Assembly (NCBI GenBank): GCA_018814025.1
Contig: JAHJAM010000014.1
Span: 1-49,635, forward strand
Direction of reading: 5' to 3'
From: Patescibacteria group bacterium
GTDB taxonomy: Bacteria; Patescibacteriota; Patescibacteriia; UBA9934; GWF2-40-263
DNA length: 49,635 nt
Notes under the pieces: model-generated
Database searches by the model: none
What the model was told of the DNA's origin: nothing
The model's input: only the letters and a program-made list of their open reading frames with translations
Position numbers and translations under genes: made by a program
Part shown: positions 42,131 through 49,635 of the stretch, one piece after another
Position numbering within the stretch: position 1 is the first letter of the stretch
How the letters are laid out: each line of letters starts with the position of its first letter

Positions 42131-42584
42131 TCGCGCTTCTCAAGAATTCAGCATCTTGCGGTGGTTTATCTTAGCGATCGTAATTTTAGTAGTCGTTTTT
42201 GTCTTGATCCCGAATTTCTCTCATCCGGACACGGCCGCCGTTACTTTCCCGGACCAAACCGTGATCACCGTTGATTTGGCACGCACGCCCGCGGAACAAG
42301 CTCTGGGTTTATCCGGCCGAGCCGGTTTGGTTGCCAATCATGGCCTGCTTTTTCCCTATGATGAACCCAAGCTGCCCACTTTTTGGATGCGCGGCATGAA
42401 TTTTTCCATCGATATCATCTGGTTATTGGACGGTCGGATTGTCGATCTGGATGAAAACCTGCCGCTGGATACTCAAACTTACACGCCGGCCGCGCCCGTC
42501 AATCAAGTTTTGGAAGTCGCCGCCGGTTTCGCCCGCGCCCATAATTTAACTATTGGAAATCAATTAACTATCCGTTTGCCTTAA
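42111..42584 (+). CDS. DUF192-family exported protein
   Basis: ARTP.EQALGL.GR, FWMRGMNFSIDIIW, VLEVAAG. Confidence 0.85.
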   Translation: MKKSNLDRASQEFSILRWFILAIVILVVVFVLIPNFSHPDTAAVTFPDQTVITVDLARTPAEQALGLSGRAGLVANHGLLFPYDEPKLPTFWMRGMNFSIDIIWLLDGRIVDLDENLPLDTQTYTPAAPVNQVLEVAAGFARAHNLTIGNQLTIRLP

Positions 42585-42585
42585 T

Positions 42586-43221
42586 ATGAAAAAGCGCGCC
42601 ATTCCATTTCGTGATTACCTGCTCTTGACCAACATTAGTCCGGTCATTAAATATCTGACCATCTCAGATGTCATTCTGTTCAGCGGCAGCGGTTTGTTCA
42701 GTCCAATTTTTGCGATTTTCGTGGTTGATAATATCAGCGGCGCCAACGTGGCCGTGGTCGGCGTGGCCACCACGATTTTTTGGGTGACCAAAAGCGTGGT
42801 CCAAGTGCCGGTCGCTAATTTGGTTGATCGGATTCGGGGCGATCGCGACGACTTCTGGTTCATGTTTATCGGCACGATTTGTTCGGCTCTGGTCCCGTTG
42901 GCCTACCTGCTGGTGTCCACTGTGCCCCAGCTCTATTTTGTCCAATTTCTGCATGGCGCCATCACGGCCACCACTTTCCCGTCATTTATGGCCCTCTATA
43001 CTCGCCACATCGACAAAGACCGCGAAGGCACGGAGTGGGGCGTTTATCACACGCTGACCGATTTCAGTTGGGCTTTGACCGCGGCCATTGGCGGTTTCGT
43101 GGCTTTGGTCATTGGCTTTCCGGCCTTGATTTGGAGCGTGAGCGTCATTAGCCTGTTCGGCGCTTTGTTGCTTTACCCCTTGCGGCGCGTCCTGTGCCAG
43201 AAAACCAAAAAGCCTAACTAA
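42586..43221 (+). CDS. Half-size (about 6 TM) MFS-type transporter
   Basis: 211 aa, MFS-like loop motif ANLVDRIRG, six hydrophobic segments. Confidence 0.75.
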   Translation: MKKRAIPFRDYLLLTNISPVIKYLTISDVILFSGSGLFSPIFAIFVVDNISGANVAVVGVATTIFWVTKSVVQVPVANLVDRIRGDRDDFWFMFIGTICSALVPLAYLLVSTVPQLYFVQFLHGAITATTFPSFMALYTRHIDKDREGTEWGVYHTLTDFSWALTAAIGGFVALVIGFPALIWSVSVISLFGALLLYPLRRVLCQKTKKPN

Positions 43222-43281
43222 TTATTGATCAACCAAAAAACCCGGCTCCGTGCGAGTCGGGTTATTTTCTTTGGGCCGCTT

Positions 43282-43863
43282 TCAGGCGGCCAAGAGCAGC
43301 CAAGTGCCGTCTTCGTTCGGGGCTTGGCCCAAGGGAATGGATTCCTTCATCAGGCGCAGGGCGTGGCCCATGCGCTTCTGGCGCTCCCCATCGCCCGTGA
43401 CCGCCATGGCCAGGATCGAGAGCAGAGCCAGGCGCAGGTCGATCTGGAAGTTTTCGATCAGCTTCTGCCAGGCCGGCTGGTCGTAGCGTTGCCAGATCAT
43501 CTCCTCCAGCGGCAGCCACAGGTAGTGGTCGAAAGCCGCCTCGATCTGGTGCACCGCTTCGCCCAGATCTTGAATGTTCAGATGCTGTTCCACCATGGGG
43601 AAGTAGGCGCGATCTTTGGGCAGGACTTGCGGCTCATCCACGAAGCGGATGCGCTTGACCTCGGCTCCGGTCGTCAAGCTCAGGTACTGATGCACGCTGG
43701 CGCAGGAAAACTGATCGTATCTGGCCAGGCGGTGTTCCCCTTTCTCCGCCATGTGGTAAAACGGCTGGATCAAGTCCATGGCCGCGGGAATCAGCGTCTG
43801 GCTGGCTTCCCGAGTCAGAGCTTTCTCCAACAAGCATCGCTGTAAACAATCAGCATTCGACAT
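43282..43863 (-). CDS. Hypothetical protein
   Basis: GGGAGGT SD, about 193-aa ORF, convergent hairpin at 43236-43265. Confidence 0.6.
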   Translation of the reverse strand: MSNADCLQRCLLEKALTREASQTLIPAAMDLIQPFYHMAEKGEHRLARYDQFSCASVHQYLSLTTGAEVKRIRFVDEPQVLPKDRAYFPMVEQHLNIQDLGEAVHQIEAAFDHYLWLPLEEMIWQRYDQPAWQKLIENFQIDLRLALLSILAMAVTGDGERQKRMGHALRLMKESIPLGQAPNEDGTWLLLAA

Positions 43864-44068
43864 CGCCACCTCCCTTGTGAAAAAGAACTTTTCCGCGATA
43901 AGGCAAAATTATACGCTCATCCGGTCAAAGGTCAATCGTTTTCTCTGTGTCTTGACAAAAACCGTCTGAAATCTTAATATACCCGCACCTTAAATCTAAT
44001 CGCTGGCAGACCCGCTTGCCCTTCATGGCTTTAGTGAAGAAGGGGAGATGTGGCAGCCGCAGATAAAT

Positions 44069-44383
44069 ATGATTGCAGTAATTCAAACCGGCGGTAAGCA
44101 ATATACCGTCAAAGAGGGATTGAAACTTCAGATCGAAAAACTTGATCTTGAAGCCGATCAGTCCATCACCTTCAACCCTTTGTTGATTGCTGACGAACAG
44201 GGTCAAGAGGTCAAAGTCGGCACTCCCGAAGTCGCGGGCGCCAAAGTCACGGCCAAAGTTCTCGAACAGGGCCGCGATGAAAAAGTCTCAGTCATCAAAT
44301 ATAAGCGCAAGGTTCGCTACCGCCGCAACGTCGGCCACCGCCAACCTTTCACTCTCATCCAAATCGAAAAAATCACGGCTTAA
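44069..44383 (+). CDS. rplU: 50S ribosomal protein L21
   Basis: MIAVIQTGGKQY..GHRQPFT. Confidence 0.96.
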   Translation: MIAVIQTGGKQYTVKEGLKLQIEKLDLEADQSITFNPLLIADEQGQEVKVGTPEVAGAKVTAKVLEQGRDEKVSVIKYKRKVRYRRNVGHRQPFTLIQIEKITA

Positions 44384-44390
44384 CCGCTGC

Positions 44391-44422
44391 AAAACCGGAC
44401 TTCATCAAAGCAGTCCGGTTTT
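44391..44422 (+). terminator. rplU terminator
   Basis: AAAACCGGACT...AGTCCGGTTTT. Confidence 0.75.
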
Positions 44423-44432
44423 GAATTTTGAT

Positions 44433-44512
44433 AGAAAAAACCCGCAGCAAGCTACGGGTAAGGAGAAAAGACCGGGTGCCTCTGGGCCCGCGGCCCAGGG
44501 GTCTTTGGTCTG
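44433..44512 (-). ncRNA. Candidate small RNA 2 (about 80 nt)
   Basis: Extended -10 TGATATAAT (44518-44526), 5' hairpin, unpaired UUCUCCUU, terminator ACCCGUAGC-UU-GCUGCGGGU followed by a U run. Confidence 0.5.
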
Positions 44513-44615
44513 AAAAAATTATATCATTTTTCGATTTGCTTGCTAAGTGGTTTGGCGGCTTTGGATGTGGATAATCATCGACAACGAAGTCAGATCCAAT
44601 AAAAATATCCCTGCC

Positions 44616-44723
44616 AAAAGAAAAAGCCCACGGCTATGTGATTGCTCCAGGGGGGGTAGAGCAGAGCACACTTGCCGTGGGCAGGGGAAAGGCGGCTCAC
44701 GCGAATAAGCCACCTTCTGCCTC
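44616..44723 (-). ncRNA. Candidate small RNA 1 (about 108 nt)
   Basis: TTGACA-16-TATGAT promoter; two long hairpins with G-U pairs only on the minus strand; ends in UUUUUCUUUU. Confidence 0.6.
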
Positions 44724-44748
44724 AATCATATGCAATCGTGGATTCTTG

Positions 44749-45351
44749 TCAAGCCTCGCGCCGACCTTTCAGCGCGTCGCCCAGCGTCACTTCATCCGCA
44801 TACTCCAGGCTGGCGCCCGTGGGCAAACCCCTGGCTAAACGAGTGATTTTCAGGGGGAATTCCGCTAATTGTTGGGCTAAATACATCATGGTGGTTTCGC
44901 CGTGCACATCCGGCGAAAAAGCCAGGATAATTTCCTTGATTTGAGGATTCGCTCGTAAACGCGCGACTAGTTCTTGAATCTTTAAGACTTCCGGGGTCAT
45001 GCCCTCAATCGGATTCAAAGTGCCGCCCAAGACATGATACAAGCCCGGGTATATGTCCGTGGCTTCGATGGTCGCAATATCGCGCGACTCCTCGATCACG
45101 CACAACAGATTTTGGTCGCGCTTGGCATCCTGGCAAATCTCACACCGCTCATATTCCGTATAGGCGAAGCATTGGTTGCATACTTTTACCTTATCGCCCA
45201 AGTCCGTGATCATCTTAGCCATCATCTGCAAATCCGCTTTTGGCTGTTTGAGCAAAAAGAAAACATAGCGCAGGGCCGTCTTGGGTCCTACGCCAGGTAA
45301 TCGGGAAAGCGCCGCGGTCGCGTTTTGAATTGCCTCGGGAAATCTGCGCAT
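44749..45351 (-). CDS. recR: Recombination mediator RecR
   Basis: LPGVGPKTA, CNQC..CEIC, YHVLGG, LEYADEVTL. Confidence 0.96.
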   Translation of the reverse strand: MRRFPEAIQNATAALSRLPGVGPKTALRYVFFLLKQPKADLQMMAKMITDLGDKVKVCNQCFAYTEYERCEICQDAKRDQNLLCVIEESRDIATIEATDIYPGLYHVLGGTLNPIEGMTPEVLKIQELVARLRANPQIKEIILAFSPDVHGETTMMYLAQQLAEFPLKITRLARGLPTGASLEYADEVTLGDALKGRREA

Positions 45352-45352
45352 G

Positions 45353-45655
45353 TTACATGCCTAAATTTTTCATGAGATCCTGCAAGCCGCCCATCTCCTT
45401 CATTTTGCCAGCCATGTCTTTTTGAATCTTTTTTAAAGCATCGTTCGTCGCTTCTTTCACGGCTTCCTGTAATTTTTCCTTGTTGCCCACCAGCTCATCG
45501 TCGATTTCCACGCCCAAGATTTTTTGATTGCCGTTCACTCGCACTTTGACCTTGCCCCAAGCGCCCGTGCCCTCAGCCGTGATCAAGTCCAATTCATTTT
45601 GCATTTTTTTAGCCTGAGTTCTCAGATCTTTAACCGCTTTGATCTTGTTAAACAT
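45353..45655 (-). CDS. ybaB: YbaB/EbfC nucleoid-associated protein
   Basis: AKKMQ..L...EG..G.VKV.VNG; adjacent to recR. Confidence 0.9.
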   Translation of the reverse strand: MFNKIKAVKDLRTQAKKMQNELDLITAEGTGAWGKVKVRVNGNQKILGVEIDDELVGNKEKLQEAVKEATNDALKKIQKDMAGKMKEMGGLQDLMKNLGM

Positions 45656-45691
45656 AGTATTTGATTGAAGATTTATCGTGCCTCGAGTTTA

Positions 45692-47200
45692 TCATTGATT
45701 ATCCGAATCGTTAACAGCCGGGTAACCGCCCGGGTTTTCATCCAGAGGCGGGGGCGGGATATCCATGGGCGGAGCCGGACGCCCGCCGCCCATGGGCGGC
45801 GGCACGGTCGGCGGCGCGTCAATCGTGTGCGCGGTTGGTCCGGTATCCCGGCGTCTTTCCAAATTCTTGAAAGAAGTTCGTTTTTCATCGAAAAACAATC
45901 GCACCATGCCGGTCGGGCCGTTGCGATGCTTGGCCACGTGGATTTCCGCCATGCTTCGCTCTTCCGGCGCCAAATCCTCGGGCCGATAGTTGCGATCCGC
46001 GGCTTTGCGGTAAATGAACATCACCACGTCCGCGTCCTGTTCGATGGATCCGGAATCGCGCAAGTGCGCCAGGCGCGGGATTGCGGGTTTGTTCATTTCC
46101 ACGGCCCGGGACAACTGAGCCAGGGCTAAAACCGGTACGTTTAATTCGCGCGCGATTGATTTTAAGCCGCGGGAGATTTCCGAAACTTCTTGCACGCGAT
46201 TGTCCGAACCGCTTTTGCTTCGGCCTTCCATCAGCTGCAAGTAATCGATGATAATCAAGTCTAATCCGTGTTCGGATTTCATGCGCCGGGCTTTGGTGCG
46301 CAATTCCATCACGTTTAAAGTCGGGCTGTCATCGATAAAAATCGGCGCTTCGCTCAACACACCCAAAGCATTGCCGATGCGCGGAAAATCATCATCCCGA
46401 TCGCTCAGCCGGCCCGTGCGCAGCTTCCACAAATCAACGTTGGCTTCCGCGCAGATCATCCTATCCACCAATTGTTCTTTGCTCATTTCCAATGAAAACA
46501 AGCCCACCGTGGCTTTGCCTTTCAGCGCCACGTAGCGCGCCATATCCAAAGCCAAAGAGGTTTTTCCCAAAGACGGCCGCGCCGCCAAAATCAGCAAATC
46601 AGATTTCTGCAAGCCGGCCAGCAAATCATCCAGCTCGTGCAAGCCCGTGGGAATGCCGCGCATCTTGCCCTTTTCTCGGTGCAGTTCGTCAATCCGGTCA
46701 AACGCATCGGACAAAACCGTGCGAATGTCCGTGAAAGAATTTTTTAAAAACTTTTGCGAAACATTGAAGAGCGTCCGTTCCGCTTCATCCAAAGTATTTT
46801 CAATATCGTCTTCTTCGTTATAACCCAAACGGATAATGCTGCTGGCCGCGTCCAACAGCCGGCGCAAAGTGGCTTTTTTCTGAATGATATTTGCGTAATT
46901 GACGATGTGGGCCGAAGTCGGGACCGCGTTGGACAGCTCGGCCAAATAAGCCCGGCCGCCCACCCGCTGCAGCAATTCTTTTTCTTCCAAGCGGTTGCCC
47001 AAAGTCAGCAAGTCAATCGGGTCATGCCGGTCGTACAATTCCTGCATGCACTCGTAAATCAAGCGGTTCGAGTCTTTATAAAAATCATCCGGCCTGACTT
47101 TATCCGCAATTTTCATCATCGAGTCCTGATCAATCATAATGCTGCCCAGCAATGATTGCTCGGTCTCGAGGCTTTGCGGCGGGATGCGTTGTTTCTCCAT
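45692..47200 (-). CDS. dnaB: Replicative DNA helicase DnaB with proline-rich C-terminal tail
   Basis: PPQS.E.EQS.LG, AARPSLGKT, IDYLQL, LRDSGSIEQDAD, KHRNGPTG. Confidence 0.97.
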   Translation of the reverse strand: MEKQRIPPQSLETEQSLLGSIMIDQDSMMKIADKVRPDDFYKDSNRLIYECMQELYDRHDPIDLLTLGNRLEEKELLQRVGGRAYLAELSNAVPTSAHIVNYANIIQKKATLRRLLDAASSIIRLGYNEEDDIENTLDEAERTLFNVSQKFLKNSFTDIRTVLSDAFDRIDELHREKGKMRGIPTGLHELDDLLAGLQKSDLLILAARPSLGKTSLALDMARYVALKGKATVGLFSLEMSKEQLVDRMICAEANVDLWKLRTGRLSDRDDDFPRIGNALGVLSEAPIFIDDSPTLNVMELRTKARRMKSEHGLDLIIIDYLQLMEGRSKSGSDNRVQEVSEISRGLKSIARELNVPVLALAQLSRAVEMNKPAIPRLAHLRDSGSIEQDADVVMFIYRKAADRNYRPEDLAPEERSMAEIHVAKHRNGPTGMVRLFFDEKRTSFKNLERRRDTGPTAHTIDAPPTVPPPMGGGRPAPPMDIPPPPLDENPGGYPAVNDSDNQ

Positions 47201-47289
47201 AGCTCCTGCATCTTACAAGGGGCGGGCCACTCGATCAAGGAAAATTGTGCTATAATTGTGGGGAATTAGTGGATAACTTCAGGAGGAAC

Positions 47290-48432
47290 ATGGTTCATCC
47301 CAATGTAAAATTTTTGCGAGCTATCGGCACCCTGATCGGCGGCATGGTCGGGGTCGGTGTTTTTGGCTTGCCTTACGCCTTTGCCCAGAGCGGCTACATT
47401 ATCGGCGCTCTGGTTTTTGTAGTTTTAGCCGCCTTAATCAGCATTTTGATGATGATGTACGGTGAGCTGGTCTCCCGGGCTCATGATCACCACCGTTTGG
47501 TCGGCCATGTGAAAAACTATTTGGGCCCGCGCTGGGGCTGGGTTACGGCCGTCACGCACACGGTCGGGCTTTGGGGCGCCATGCTGGCTTACATTATCGT
47601 GGGCGGCCATTTCTTATATTTACTCTTCGGTTCAGTCTTCGGCGGCCCCGAGGTCGTTTATTCATTGATCATGGCCGTGGCCGCATCGGCCTTAATTTAC
47701 CGCGGCTTGAAGTTCGTGGCCAGCCTCGAAGTCTTCGTAATTTCCGCTTTGATCTTTCTGTTTTTAGTGGTCATTATTTTAGGCTTGGGTCATTTGCGCG
47801 TCGATCATTTGCTTTCGATTCATCCCGGCAATATTTTTGTGCCGTACGGCGTGATTCTCTTTGCTTTCGGCGGTTTGGGCGTGATTCCGGAGATGAAAGA
47901 ACTGTTAAGCCGCCAGCCCAAGCGCCTGCCTCAAGCTTTGATCATCGGCTTGATCGTCACCGGCGTCTTGTATTTGTTATTTTCTTTCGCTGTGGTCGGC
48001 ACCACTGGCCCGGCCACCACCTCCATGGCCCTGACCGGCCTAATTCCGATTTTCGGTTCCGGTTTTGGCTTAGTGGCGGCTTTGCTGGGCTCCTTAACCA
48101 TTCTTTCTATCTTCACGATTTTAGGTATCGAATTGCTGAACATGCTCAAGTATGATTTTCGTCTTGAACATCGGCGAGCCTGGGCCATGGCGGTGGTCGT
48201 GCCTTTGCTCCTGTTTATCATGGGCCTTCGGGAATTTATCGATTTGATTAGCTTCATCGGATCAGTTTTTGGCGCTACCCTGGGGATTATCGTGGTGCTG
48301 GCCTATGAAAAGATGAAGCAGCAGGCCGGCCGGAGCTATCGAGGTTTGAACATTCCCACTCCCGTCAGTGTGGTGATTATTATCATCTTTGTGTTTGGCG
48401 CGTTCTTGGAAATCGGTTCTCGCTTAAATTAA
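47290..48432 (+). CDS. Aromatic/hydroxy amino acid permease (HAAAP, Mtr/TyrP-like)
   Basis: GTLIGGMVGVGVFGLPY, about 11 TM helices, AGGAGG SD. Confidence 0.85.
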   Translation: MVHPNVKFLRAIGTLIGGMVGVGVFGLPYAFAQSGYIIGALVFVVLAALISILMMMYGELVSRAHDHHRLVGHVKNYLGPRWGWVTAVTHTVGLWGAMLAYIIVGGHFLYLLFGSVFGGPEVVYSLIMAVAASALIYRGLKFVASLEVFVISALIFLFLVVIILGLGHLRVDHLLSIHPGNIFVPYGVILFAFGGLGVIPEMKELLSRQPKRLPQALIIGLIVTGVLYLLFSFAVVGTTGPATTSMALTGLIPIFGSGFGLVAALLGSLTILSIFTILGIELLNMLKYDFRLEHRRAWAMAVVVPLLLFIMGLREFIDLISFIGSVFGATLGIIVVLAYEKMKQQAGRSYRGLNIPTPVSVVIIIIFVFGAFLEIGSRLN

Positions 48433-48461
48433 AAAACACCCGGTTCAAACCGGGTGTTTTT
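48431..48461. terminator. Bidirectional terminator
   Basis: AAAAAACACCCGGTT-C-AAACCGGGTGTTTTT between convergent genes. Confidence 0.8.
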
Positions 48462-49287
48462 ATTTTTGCAAGTCCCAGGCCTTGGTGATGTTGACGAGCA
48501 GCATGGCGACCGTCATGGGACCCACGCCCCCGGGCACGGGCGTGATCCAGCTGGCCGCTTCGGCCGCGGATTCTTGATCCACATCGCCGATGGTTCGTTC
48601 CGCGATTTTATTCGTGCCCACATCCAGCACGATGGCTTTATTTTTGATCATCTCGCCGTTGATCAGGTGCGGCCGGCCCACGGCCACGATCAAGATGTCG
48701 CCCTGTTGAGTTTTTTCTTTCAAATGCGGATCGTCCGGGCTCACCACTTCGCTCGCCACGCCCTGCTCGGCTAACAAGATTTCCAAAGGTTCGGCAAATC
48801 GCTCGCCGCTGACCAAAACTGCTTGCTTGCCCCGCAGTTCTTCATTGGTTGCGGTGATTAGCTTCATAATTCCCAAAGCCGTGGCCGAAACCAGAGTTGG
48901 GTGGTCATTTTTGAGATTTTCCAGGTTGGCCGGATGAAAACCGTCCACGTCTTTCTTAGGATCGATGGCCAAAACCACCCGATCCGCGTTTTGCGAGGGT
49001 AAGGGCAGCTGAACTAAAATGCCCGTGACTTCGGTGCGCGCGTTCAGTTCCTGAATTTTGCTCACGATTTCCGGTTCGGACGCATCCGCCGGATAGAGAA
49101 ATAATTCGAAACCAATCCCGGCCTCTTCGCACGCGCGCTGCTTCAAGCCCACGTATAAATGAGAGGCTTCATCATCGCCCACTAAAATCACGGCCAGTTT
49201 GGGTTTAATTGGCATTTGCTCCACGCGCTCGCGGATTTTCTCTCTAATGTCTCTGGCGATTTCTCGCCCGTTGATGATCTGGACCAT
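48460..49287 (-). CDS. folD: Methylenetetrahydrofolate dehydrogenase/cyclohydrolase
   Basis: YV..K, GILVQLPLP, KDVDG.HP.N, TPVPGGVGPMT. Confidence 0.95.
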   Translation of the reverse strand: MVQIINGREIARDIREKIRERVEQMPIKPKLAVILVGDDEASHLYVGLKQRACEEAGIGFELFLYPADASEPEIVSKIQELNARTEVTGILVQLPLPSQNADRVVLAIDPKKDVDGFHPANLENLKNDHPTLVSATALGIMKLITATNEELRGKQAVLVSGERFAEPLEILLAEQGVASEVVSPDDPHLKEKTQQGDILIVAVGRPHLINGEMIKNKAIVLDVGTNKIAERTIGDVDQESAAEAASWITPVPGGVGPMTVAMLLVNITKAWDLQK

Positions 49288-49355
49288 AAAATTGAATACC
49301 GCCCACCATAACACAAATAATCTAAAAACGGAAGGGTTCACCTTCCGTTTCGCCG

Positions 49356-49635
49356 CTAATATTGCAAATCCGGATACAGAGGAAACTTCGAAGCCATTTC
49401 TTTTACTCGATTTTTAATCTCTGACAATTTCGCTTCATCTTCATGATTCGCAATTGCTTGATCGATCCAGGCCACAATCTGTTTCATTTCCGTTTCTTTC
49501 AAGCCGCGGGTGGTAATGGCCGGCGTCCCCAAGCGAATGCCTGACGGATCCATGGGTTTGCGCGGATCATCCGGAATCATATTTTTGTTCACGGTCATGC
49601 CGGCCTTATCCAAAGCCGCTTCCGCTTGCGCTCCG
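49356..49635 (-). CDS. glyA: Serine hydroxymethyltransferase, C-terminal part (truncated by window edge)
   Basis: NKNMIPDDPRKPMDPSGIRLGTPAITTRG..FPLY. Confidence 0.93.
   Translation of the reverse strand, partial: GAQAEAALDKAGMTVNKNMIPDDPRKPMDPSGIRLGTPAITTRGLKETEMKQIVAWIDQAIANHEDEAKLSEIKNRVKEMASKFPLYPDLQY

Noticed and set aside
43225-43845. 206-aa plus-strand ORF
   Set aside because: Antisense shadow of the SD-bearing minus-strand ORF; starts within a terminator region.
44616-44723. SRP RNA (often found near dnaX-ybaB-recR)
   Set aside because: No CAGG..GGAA..AGCAG domain IV motif on either strand.
44560-47280. Replication origin inferred from DnaA-like boxes near recR/dnaB
   Set aside because: Only isolated boxes; no cluster or unwinding element is visible.

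Overview
Core-chromosome window of a reduced-genome bacterium, most likely Patescibacteria/CPR (inferred from gene content and promoter style; standard genetic code). Housekeeping genes include rpmB, a class II B12-dependent RNR (nrdJ, with two NrdR boxes and a DnaA box) plus cobO, an FtsI-like PBP and murF, recQ, a CIRCE-controlled hrcA-grpE-dnaK-dnaJ operon, tgt, a membrane-anchored Clp ATPase, rplU, dnaB-ybaB-recR, folD, the 3' end of glyA, tRNA-Pro(CGG) and tRNA-Glu(CTC). The most striking unexplained structure is two unlinked PaaX/Cas2-like genes, each tightly bracketed by its own pair of 32-36-bp palindromes. These share an ACG-NN-CGT core, overlap the start codon, overlap or abut the stop codon, and show compensatory changes; no CRISPR array is present in the window. 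Other notable features are two tandem candidate sRNAs between rplU and recR, a long inverted repeat covering the rpmB start codon, a 109-bp tandem repeat built on the tRNA-Glu 5' end, and several dispersed REP/MITE-like families, some inside reading frames.
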